A DNA stretch of 64,000 nucleotides from Histomonas meleagridis 2922-C6/04-290x (Eukaryota > Protista > Parabasalia), in contig JAANOX010000046.1 in assembly GCA_020184695.1 (NCBI GenBank), positions 62,001 to 126,000 of the forward strand. The letters run 5' to 3'. The notes beneath the pieces were generated by a model. That model saw only the letters and a list, made by a program, of their open reading frames with translations, searched no databases and was not told the DNA's origin. The position numbers and the translations under genes were made by a program. Positions 11,075-20,600 of the stretch are shown piece by piece. Within the stretch, counting starts at the first letter, position 1, and every line of letters starts with the position of its first letter.

Positions 11075-11518
11075 ATTATACAGTAATACATTTTTTGTTT
11101 GTTTGTTTTATAAAAAATCTTTTGTAACTAATTTTCATTTATATATTTTAATCTCAATAAGATGGTTATTCCTTAAAATTAGTCTATTGTTTCCTTGAGA
11201 AAAAATTATTGCGAAGGAGCTTAAGCTTTGAAGATAGAACTTTATATCTAAACATGGATAAACAAAAATTGATATAGGGGGCTAAGGAGCATATTCGCAC
11301 GAGCTATAAGCACTGTAAACCCCAGGTGTCTCTGTTTTTCTAAGGATGACGCAAACATAAGTCCATCCGCTGGTATAAAACAGAAATGGCCAAGCAGAGA
11401 CACTTTTAACCGTAATGGATCTGTTTAAAATTGAATAATCCAACGATAGAATGAGTCGAAATAAACATTTTTTGTGTATAAAGGAAATCATCACAAAATT
11501 TAATATAAACATGAATTT

Positions 11519-13569
11519 TTATTGGATTGTGCATTGTTTGGACTTTGTTATCTTTGCATTGAGTAAGTTAACTATGTCAATGTGTGATTTTTCAGTAGCA
11601 ATCATAAGTGCTGTTTCATATAATTGATTTATTTTCCATTATTAATTTTGAAATATTAAAACATTAAAACAAATTTTAAACAAAATAGATAAAAATTTTT
11701 TGCATTTATATCAATTCCTTTATGTTTAAGAAGTAAGTCAACTAATTCTTTGAGACCTTTTTCGGATGCCCAAATAAGTGGTGTATTAATTAAATTTAAT
11801 AATTTCCAAATCAACTTTTAAAATTAAATGTTATTAAAACAATTATTATATATTAGAAAAAGATATCTTTAGTATTAATATCAATTCCTTTATGTTTAAG
11901 AAGTAATGTAACAATATCTATGTTACCTTTTTTGGATGCACTAATCAGTACTGTTTCAAGTAATATAAATAATTTCCGATTATTAAAGTGAAATATTAAA
12001 TTATTTAAATTAATAATGAATAAAACAAATAAATATCTTTATCATTAATACCAATTCCTTTTTGTTCAAGAAGCAATTTAACTATTTCTGTATATTCTCT
12101 GTTTGATGCTAACATAAGTGCAGTTTCATATAATTTAAATAATTTCCAAATTTTATTTTGAAATTTTAAATTATTAAAATAAATATTAAATAAAACAAAT
12201 AAATATTTTTTGCATTTATAACAATTCCTTTATGTTCAAGTAATAACTTAACTATTTCTATGTGTTTATTTTTAGCTGCCCAAATAAGAGCTGTGCTAAA
12301 TAATTTTGATAATTTCCATATATTATTTTGAAAATTTAAATTACTAAAAAAAATTCTATATTAAAAATTCAAATATTTTTAGCATTAATATCTATTCCTT
12401 TTTGGTCAAGAAGCAATTTAACTATTTCTGTATGACATTTTAAAGATCCATACATTAGTGCTGTATTAAATTATTTAGAAAACTTCCAATTATTATTATA
12501 AAATATAAAATTATTAAAATAAATTATAAATAAAAGAAATAAATATCTTTAGCATTAATATTAATTTCTTGATGTACAAGAAGCAATTTAACTATTTCTA
12601 TATAGCCTTTTTCAGATGCTTTATTAAGCGCAGTGCAAAATAATATATATATATAATTTTCAAATATTATTTCTAGATTCTAAATTATTTATATAAATTT
12701 TGAATAAAAAAATCAAATACCTTTAGTATTAATATCAATTCCTTCTTGTTCAAGAAGTAATTTAACTATTTCTGTATGTCCATTTCTAGATCCATAAATA
12801 AGTGCTGTTTCAAATAATTTAAATAATTTCCAAATATTATTTTGAAATAAGAAATTATTAAAATAAATATCAAATAAAACAAATAAATATCTTTAGCATT
12901 AATATCAATTCCTTCTTGTTCAAGAAGTAATTTAACTATTTCTGTATGACCATTTTCAGATGCATTCATAAGTGCTGTTTCAAATAATTTAAATAATTTC
13001 CAAATATTATTTTGAAATTAGAAATTATTAAAATAAATATCAAATAAAACAAATAAATATCTTTAGCATTAATATCAATTCCTTCTTGTTCAAGAAGTAA
13101 TTTAACTATTTCTGTATGACCATTTAAAGATGCATAAATAAGTGCAGTGTTAAATAAATCAAATAATTTCCAAATATTATTTTGAAATATTATAAAGATT
13201 AAAATAAATTTCAAATAAAACAAATAAATATCTTTAGCATTAATATCAATTCCTTCTTGTTCAAGAAGTAATTTAACTATTTCTGTATGACCATACATAG
13301 ATGCTTTAATAAGTGCTGTTTTAAATAATTTAAATAATTTCTAAATATTATTTTGAAATGTAAAATTATTAAAATAAATTCTAATTAAAACAATCAAATA
13401 CCTTTAGCATTAATATCAATTCCTTCTTGTTCAAGAAGTAATTTAACTATTTCCGTATAACCATTTTCAGATGAATACGGAAGTAATATTCTAAATAATT
13501 TAAATGATTCTCAAATACTATTTTGGAATATAAAATTATTAAAATAAATTTTATGCATAAAATTTAAAC
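11519..13569 (-). repeat. 170-nt-period ankyrin module/spacer array, locus 2 (12 modules)
   Basis: Module anchors on + strand at 13483, 13313, 13142, 12972, 12802, 12628, 12458, 12288, 12118, 11948, 11778, 11608 (spacing 170 except one 171 and one 174); all 12 modules are stop-free; the last ends ETALMIATEKSHIDIVNLLNAKITKSKQCTIQ* at 11519. Confidence 0.92.
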
Positions 13570-14766
13570 ATTTTTTGCATTAATATTAAATTCATTACAT
13601 TTGAGAATGTATTTGAGAAGCTCAACATTTCTTGACCTTGCACATGAAACAATTATTGAACTTGATAAATTATATTTTCCGTAAAAACTTTGTAAAATTA
13701 ATAGATTACCTATTAGAGCTACGTTATAAATGAAATATTTTGTTATTTGAAATTTTTCTTTTTTGGATAAATATGAAAAAATTTCATAAGAGCTTTTTGC
13801 AATACATTTGAGTGATAATGATTCTAAATAATCAACTTTTTCTAATTTCTTTTCATATATATATTTAAAGATATCACTTCGATGATATTCAATTGCTGCT
13901 TTATATGCACCTTTAAATAATGAATGATTTTGTTCACACAAATGAATTATTTCAATGTTTCCACCTGCAACTGCATATTTACCTGTTTTCCTTACTTTTG
14001 CACCGTTTATAAGTAAATATTTAAAACATTTAATAGCAGAAAAAAATGCAGCATAATCAATTAATGAAACATTATCTTTATTAATAAATGAACATTTTTC
14101 ATAAAGTGATGGTATAACATATTGATTAAAATTAAAATTTGTTTGTGATGATATTTCTTGAAGTTTTTCAATTTCGTCATTCCGAATTATTTTTGAGATT
14201 TCATTCGGATTAACTCCTTCTTTAATTAATTTTTTATGAAGTTCCCAATTATTCTTTGAAAGTTCTTCGATGTTTTGAAAGAATGCATTGTTTTTGTTGA
14301 AATTTCTTTTTAGTTCATATAATTTTTCAATTTTCATGTAATGTGCAAAATATATATTATAATTTTGTTTTAGCATGTTAAAGCCAATTAAATTTTCTTC
14401 CAAAATTTTTTCTAGGAGATAATACGATTCTTGAGATTTGTGTGTGGAATTTAGAATATTAGCAAAAATTTTCATTATCTGATATTTCTTTTTATTCTTA
14501 TATTCTTCTTCTAATTTGCTTAAAAATATAAAATAAATTTTAAAATCTTTCATTTGTGAAACAATTGATGAATAAACTAAACGACATACAGTAGAAAAAA
14601 TAGTATATGTGTATTTTTGATCAAATAATTTACATATTGTTTGTGTTGTTTCTGTAATATTTTCAGAATTTAGATCAAAAATAATTTCTTCAAGTGATAC
14701 CAACTTTTTGATATTATCTTCATTGTGATGTATGGTTTGACTCTTGCGCTTATCAGACGTCATCAA
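13564..14766 (-). CDS. DUF3447-type ankyrin-repeat protein, N-terminal ORF of ankyrin locus 2
   Basis: 400 aa; SLIDYAAFFSAIKCFKYLLINGA motif; stops at the second codon of the first spacer (NAKNV*). Confidence 0.85.
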   Translation of the reverse strand: MMTSDKRKSQTIHHNEDNIKKLVSLEEIIFDLNSENITETTQTICKLFDQKYTYTIFSTVCRLVYSSIVSQMKDFKIYFIFLSKLEEEYKNKKKYQIMKIFANILNSTHKSQESYYLLEKILEENLIGFNMLKQNYNIYFAHYMKIEKLYELKRNFNKNNAFFQNIEELSKNNWELHKKLIKEGVNPNEISKIIRNDEIEKLQEISSQTNFNFNQYVIPSLYEKCSFINKDNVSLIDYAAFFSAIKCFKYLLINGAKVRKTGKYAVAGGNIEIIHLCEQNHSLFKGAYKAAIEYHRSDIFKYIYEKKLEKVDYLESLSLKCIAKSSYEIFSYLSKKEKFQITKYFIYNVALIGNLLILQSFYGKYNLSSSIIVSCARSRNVELLKYILKCNEFNINAKNV

Positions 14767-15869
14767 AAGGAATAAAAAAAGCTTTATTGGTTCCGACCAA
14801 ATACTAATTGAAAATTAAATTAAGTAAAGTTATTAAATAATGTAAAGGTTTTCTTCATTCTTTTATGCTGAGTAAATTAATCATATAATGTTTCATAGTT
14901 AATAAGCCATTGGAATAATCGTACGGATTTTTGGTGATTACCTTTGTTTATATTGAATTTTTGCAATGATCCTCTTCCTGCCGAAATACTCCCTGGCAAT
15001 TTTTGGAAATAAACCTAACAATTGTATATCGATATATATTTCTTCAAAAAATTTCATTATTTTAAAACATGAATAAAAATTCATTATTAGGATATTCAAC
15101 CGAAAAATCAATTGTTTTGTCTTCATGTTTATGAATATATTTTGATTCTTCAACAATTTTTTGTCGTTTATTTCGAATATGAATTAATATTATAAAAACA
15201 ATTACTCAAATAATAATATGAATATAGGTTTTATCTTCAATATTCATTTCATTATTATCATAAACGAAATAAAAATTGGAATAAAATGTAAAATATTTGG
15301 AATAAATAATAACTGTGTAATCATAACATATAAACGATGTTGAAATATATATAAATGTTGAATCAAAAAATATAAATACCTAATGAGTTTGTAAATGATT
15401 TAATGAGTGTTAAAAGTTACATATAGATGAAATATATTGGAAATCTAAAATGTATTCGAGTAGATGTAATGATTTGAATTGAGTTCGATCGTTTTTGTGC
15501 TAAAACATAATAAAATACGATAGGAATTTCTGTGCAAAAATTTTCAAAATATTCAAATTTGAATTTCACACTGTTATTTTCACTTCACATGAAAAAAATA
15601 ATTATTAGTCGAATTTTTATACATGAACCGAATCTCAAATTTTTATACAATGCAATTCTATTATATGTTGCATTCCGGCGACACATTTAAGTGATGACTA
15701 ATTCATTTTAATCAATAAATGCCCACTCAAAGTCGAACTTAATCCTCATTCTAGCCGTTTGATTCAAAAAGAAAATCTTCTGACACTTTTACAAGGAAAT
15801 GACGATCGGTTTTCACTGAAAAACGCGGTTTTACGATGCTAAATTTCACTCAAAAAAATTCAGAAAAAA

Positions 15870-17126
15870 ATGAGTGAGGAAAAGGAAGAAGAAGAAATCA
15901 AAACCGAAGAAGAGCAAAATCATGAAGAAACTAAAGAACAGACCTACGTTGTTCAATCAGGCGATACACTTCAATCACTTGCATTGAAATTTGATTGTCC
16001 TATTTCTTGGATTAAAGTCAATAACCACATTTTCAGTGATCTAATCCTTCCCGGCGACATTCTAAAAATTCCGGCAGTTCCACAAAACGAATATGATTTC
16101 CCAATTGATGCGTCGTTGTATTTCGATGATCCTCAAGAAGGAAATCCAACCAAAGGAAAACTTCTGCTTATTGATGGGTATCTTCGTTTCGAACCGAATG
16201 ACCATACACTACGTCCAATTGTCATAAATTTAGTTGGGCATATTGAAAGCGCAATCTTTCCTTGTCCATCTGTTGTTATTATGGATGACCCAGAGATGGT
16301 AATGAAACCAGAAACTCCATATTTGCTTCTCATAACATTTCTTCATGTTATTGATGATCCATCATCAGTAGATTCAATTTGTTTTTGTTCAACACATGAA
16401 AAACTCCAAAAGTTCCATCCAAAACTTCTGTCACTTGCAACTGCTGCACAAGAAGCTCAAAAATTTGTTCCGCCAGATATCAATACTACACCCAAAAAGA
16501 CTAAAGAAGAAGTAGAGTTTCCAAAACTCGAAAGATCAAAGATATCTTCAGCGCCAGTTCAACGCCCACGACGAATTCCAGGCACTACTCCAATTACATT
16601 TTACGGCGGAGTATCAAATGTTTTAACAGAAGATGAAATATGTAAAATTCGATGCGTTTTGCCATCACGTTTCCGTTCTCTTAATTGGAAACTTCTATTT
16701 CAATTATCGCGTGATGGATCAAGTTACACATCTTTCTATAGTAGTACACATGGCTATCAACCACTCGTAATGATAATTTCTAATCAATACGGGGATAAAA
16801 TCGGAGCTTATATTTCGAAAGGATTAAAGATGTCAAAGCAATATTATGGATCTGGTGAAACATTTGTATTCAGATATAATCCTGACTTCGAATATTTCCC
16901 ATGGAAAGAAACACATTCAAACCAATACTTCGTTTCAAGTTCAAGTAAAAATGTTGGCATTGGCGGTGGCGGAACATCAGCAATTTGGATTGATGGAAAT
17001 TTATTGAATGCTTTCTCAGAAGCTTGTTCGACATTTAATTCTCCAAGTTTAACAAAACAAGTTAAGTTCAAGGTAAGAGAACTTGAAGTATGGACTATAT
17101 GTCAGAAGAGACAGCAGGAGCGCTAA
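15870..17126 (+). CDS. LysM + TLDc domain protein (OXR1/NCOA7-like)
   Basis: LysM motif YVVQSGDTLQSLALKF..IKVNN..GDILKIP; TLDc motifs WKLLFQLSRDGSSYTSFY, GSGETFVF, IGGGG, FNSPSL. Confidence 0.9.
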   Translation: MSEEKEEEEIKTEEEQNHEETKEQTYVVQSGDTLQSLALKFDCPISWIKVNNHIFSDLILPGDILKIPAVPQNEYDFPIDASLYFDDPQEGNPTKGKLLLIDGYLRFEPNDHTLRPIVINLVGHIESAIFPCPSVVIMDDPEMVMKPETPYLLLITFLHVIDDPSSVDSICFCSTHEKLQKFHPKLLSLATAAQEAQKFVPPDINTTPKKTKEEVEFPKLERSKISSAPVQRPRRIPGTTPITFYGGVSNVLTEDEICKIRCVLPSRFRSLNWKLLFQLSRDGSSYTSFYSSTHGYQPLVMIISNQYGDKIGAYISKGLKMSKQYYGSGETFVFRYNPDFEYFPWKETHSNQYFVSSSSKNVGIGGGGTSAIWIDGNLLNAFSEACSTFNSPSLTKQVKFKVRELEVWTICQKRQQER

Positions 17127-17224
17127 GAGGAATTATCTTTAATGTGTTCACTGTGAATAAACATTAATTAATTAAAGTGTGATGCCGACGATAGAAGTTT
17201 GATGTGGCACGTCACTTTTAATTG

Positions 17225-17488
17225 AAATTTGGAGATGAGAGACCTCATAGAAAATTTTGAATGAAAAATAAACTTTTAGATCCCGGAGCTTATTCCTGGA
17301 TGGTGAGTACCTTTCCTGAAATTTAGATAGGTTCTACAGATGAGGCCTCCTGCCTCAACCCCTCTATTGTTTTGGGATAAGGAAGTGGGCTCTTGAGACG
17401 ATGGAATCGGAGCACCCCAAATCAAGTTTTCACTTTTGTGTGAATGTATAATTCAATATTTTCTATGAGATCTCGCAATTCCAAATTT
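17225..17488. other. 264-bp foldback element (candidate structured ncRNA or MITE-like element)
   Basis: 38-bp arms 17225-17262 and 17451-17488 pair at 33 Watson-Crick positions plus 1 G-U; inner hairpins such as TGAGGC-ctcct-GCCTCA; GC content is visibly above the flanks. Confidence 0.55.
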
Positions 17489-17695
17489 ACCCCTAAACAC
17501 CAATGAATCACTTACATCAATAAAAAAAGCAATTTTTAGCTTGAATGAAGAAAATTTCTCTAAATCTTTAGGTTTAATAATTAACAAATTTGATGAAATT
17601 CATCCCATATCTTATGATTTGGTGTAAATCAAAAATATAATTTAGAATTTAGTACAACTAAATTTTATATATATACATGGATATAATTTATTAAG

Positions 17696-20600
17696 TTATT
17701 TTTTGTAACCAAGTGCTTTCCATACATTACTTAAATCATCGCCATCGAAAACGTATCTAGTGTGATTCGCTCCGGTGTACTGCGGATATCTTGTTTTGAG
17801 TTGGAACTTGGAGTCATGAGTTTCTCCATAATTCGTTTCTTTTGGTCTACGATTCATTTGATTCATATCATTATGAAATGAAAATGTTTCATGTTGATCA
17901 TTTGGATGCATATGAAATTCATTTTTATCATTCAACACATTTTCGTGGTGTTTATCATCGTTCATTTCGATTCCTGAATGATTTAAATGCTCTAAGTTAT
18001 TGCTTTCTTTGAGTTTTTCCTCTGTTTGTCCTTTAGAAGGAGAAATGTTTGCTGGACTTTTAACTGTTTCAACTTTAATTTGCAACTTATTTTCTGGATT
18101 ATTATCTATTTCTCTTTGAGTTTGTAAATTATTTTCTGTGTTTTCATTCGTTTCAACTTCAGTTTGTAACTTATTTTCTGGGGTTTTGATAATTGTTTCT
18201 CTTTTAGTGAGTGAATTATTTTCTGTGTTTTCACTTCTTTGTGTTTTAGTTTGTGTATTATTTTCAGGATTTTTATTGTCTGATTGCGATTTATTTTCGG
18301 TGTTTTTATCTGTTTTGATTTTCGTTTGTGAATTTGCACTTGAATTTACTGTTTTATTGTTTGTCTTTGATCTGTTTTCTAATGATTTATTTGTTTTTGA
18401 AATTTTTTCCACATTTCTATTTTCTATTTTATTATTTGTTTTTGATTCTGATTTATTTTGTGGATTTGCATTTGTTGTTTCAATTTTTGGTTGCAATTTA
18501 TTTTCTATTTTATTATTTGTTTTTGCGTTTTGTGGATTTGTATTTACTGTTTCAGTTTTGTTTTGAGGATTTGTATTTGTTGTTTCAATTTTATTTTGTG
18601 GATTTGTATTTGTTGTTTCAGTTTTCTTTTGTGGATTTGTATTGACTGTTTCAATTTTTGGTTGCAATTTATTTTCTATTTTATTATTTGTTTTTGCGTT
18701 TTGTGGATTTGTATTTACTGTTTCAATTTTATTTTGAGGATTTGTATTTGTTGTTTCAATTTTATTTTGTGGATTTGTATTTACTGTTTCAATTTTATTT
18801 TGTGGATTTGTATTTGTTGTTTCAATTTTATTTTGTGGATTTGTATTTGTTGTTTCAATTTTTGGTTGCAATTTATTTTCTATTTTATTATTTGTTTTTG
18901 CGTTTTGTGGATTTGTATTTACTGTTTCAATTTTATTTTGTGGATTTGTATTTGTTGTTTCAATTTTATTTTGTGGATTTGTATTTGTTGTTTCAATTTT
19001 ATTTTGTGGATTTGTATTTGTTGTTTCAATTTTTGGTTGCAATTTATTTTCTATTTTATTATTTGTTTTTGCGTTTTGTGGATTTGTATTTACTGTTTCA
19101 ATTTTATTTTGTGGATTTGTATTTGTTGTTTCAATTTTATTTTGTGGATTTGTATTTGTTGTTTCAGTTTTCTTTTGTGGATTTGTATTGACTGTTTCAA
19201 TTTTTGGTTGCAATTTATTTTCTATTTTATTATTTGTTTTTGCGTTTTGTGGATTTGTATTTACTGTTTCAATTTTATTTTGAGGATTTGTATTTGTTGT
19301 TTCAATTTTATTTTGTGGATTTGTATTTACTGTTTCAATTTTATTTTGTGGATTTGTATTTGTTGTTTCAATTTTATTTTGTGGATTTGTATTTGTTGTT
19401 TCAATTTTATTTTGTGGATTTGTATTTACTGTTTCAATTTTATTTTGTGGATTTGTATTTGTTGTTTCAATTTTATTTTGTGGATTTGTATTTGTTGTTT
19501 CAATTTTTGGTTGCAATTTATTTTCTATTTTATTATTTGTTTTTGCGTTTTGTGGATTTGTCTTAACTGTTTCATTTTTTGGCTGATTAATTGCTTTATT
19601 TTCAGTTAATTTGTTTTCCTTTTGTAATTTATTATTTAATTTTGGAACTCCGAATATTATTTCGTCATTGTCATCTTTCCTATTTATTATAACTTTGATA
19701 TTTGGCTTTTTTGTTTTTCTTATTTTTTTAAGTTTTGCATTTTCACTTTTTTCTTCTTTTGAAGTTTCGTCGATTTGTTCATTTTTCACTGATTCAATTA
19801 ATGGTTTTTCATTTATATTTTCTTGATTTTTATTATCTTTAGATATTAAAACTTGAGAATTTGGTATTTCTTTGTTCTTTTCGATACTTATTTCGAGTTT
19901 TGGTTCTTCTTTTTCTTTATCTGTTTTAATTTCGTTCAAAATGATTTTATTGGAAATGTTTTCTTCGATTTTTTCTTTTTGTGGGATTACTTCAATTTTT
20001 TGCTTTTCTGAAATATTTTCTTTATTTTCATGTTTTCCTGTTTTAATTTGTGGTTTAGTTTCAGTTTTATTTTCATTTCTTATGTTACTTCGTAAAGGTA
20101 TTTCTCTTGTCTTATTTTGGGGATTTTGTCTTTTGCTTTTGTTGTTTTCTGGTTTTACTTCTTTATGTATATCAAAATCAAGTTTGTGCTCTTGAATGAC
20201 TTTTTCATTTTCTTTGTTTGGATTTATTTCTTTTTCTTGTTTTTCTTCAATTTTCTCTTCTTTCTTTTCATTTTGGATATTAATTTCGACTTTTGGTTCT
20301 TCTTTTGTTTCGGGGCTCCTTTCTTTTTGCATAACAATTTCGAGTTTTGGTTCTGGTTTATTAATTTCATTTTTACTTTCATTAATATTTTCTTTATCTT
20401 TTTCGCTTTCATGAAAAGTTTGTTTTATTTCTTTTTCTTTATCTTGTTTTTCATCATTTTTATTATCTTTCTGATTGTTAATTTGAAGTTTTGGTTCTGG
20501 TTTATTAATTTCATTTTTACTTTCATTAATATTTTCTTTATCTTTTTCGCTTTCATGAAAAGTTTGTTTTATTTCTTTTTCTTTATCTTGTTTTTCATCA

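Noticed and set aside
11300-11403. U6-like words (AAGGATGAC, GCAAA, ATGGCC; ACAGAGA on minus) and an MRP-like GGGGTTTAC
   Set aside because: The words are in the wrong order or on opposite strands, with no intact ACAGAGA-AGC-ISL or P4 pairing, so the element was kept only as an unnamed structure.
12766-13298. Short ORFs called inside the arrays (12766-12969, 12966-13298, 42859-44160)
   Set aside because: They are one or two modules read into a spacer from internal Met codons, not independent genes.
11519-13569. Stop-codon reassignment (alternative genetic code) as an explanation for the broken ankyrin arrays
   Set aside because: Conserved genes here end normally at TAA/TAG/TGA with no internal stops, and the 170-nt period changes frame, which readthrough cannot fix.
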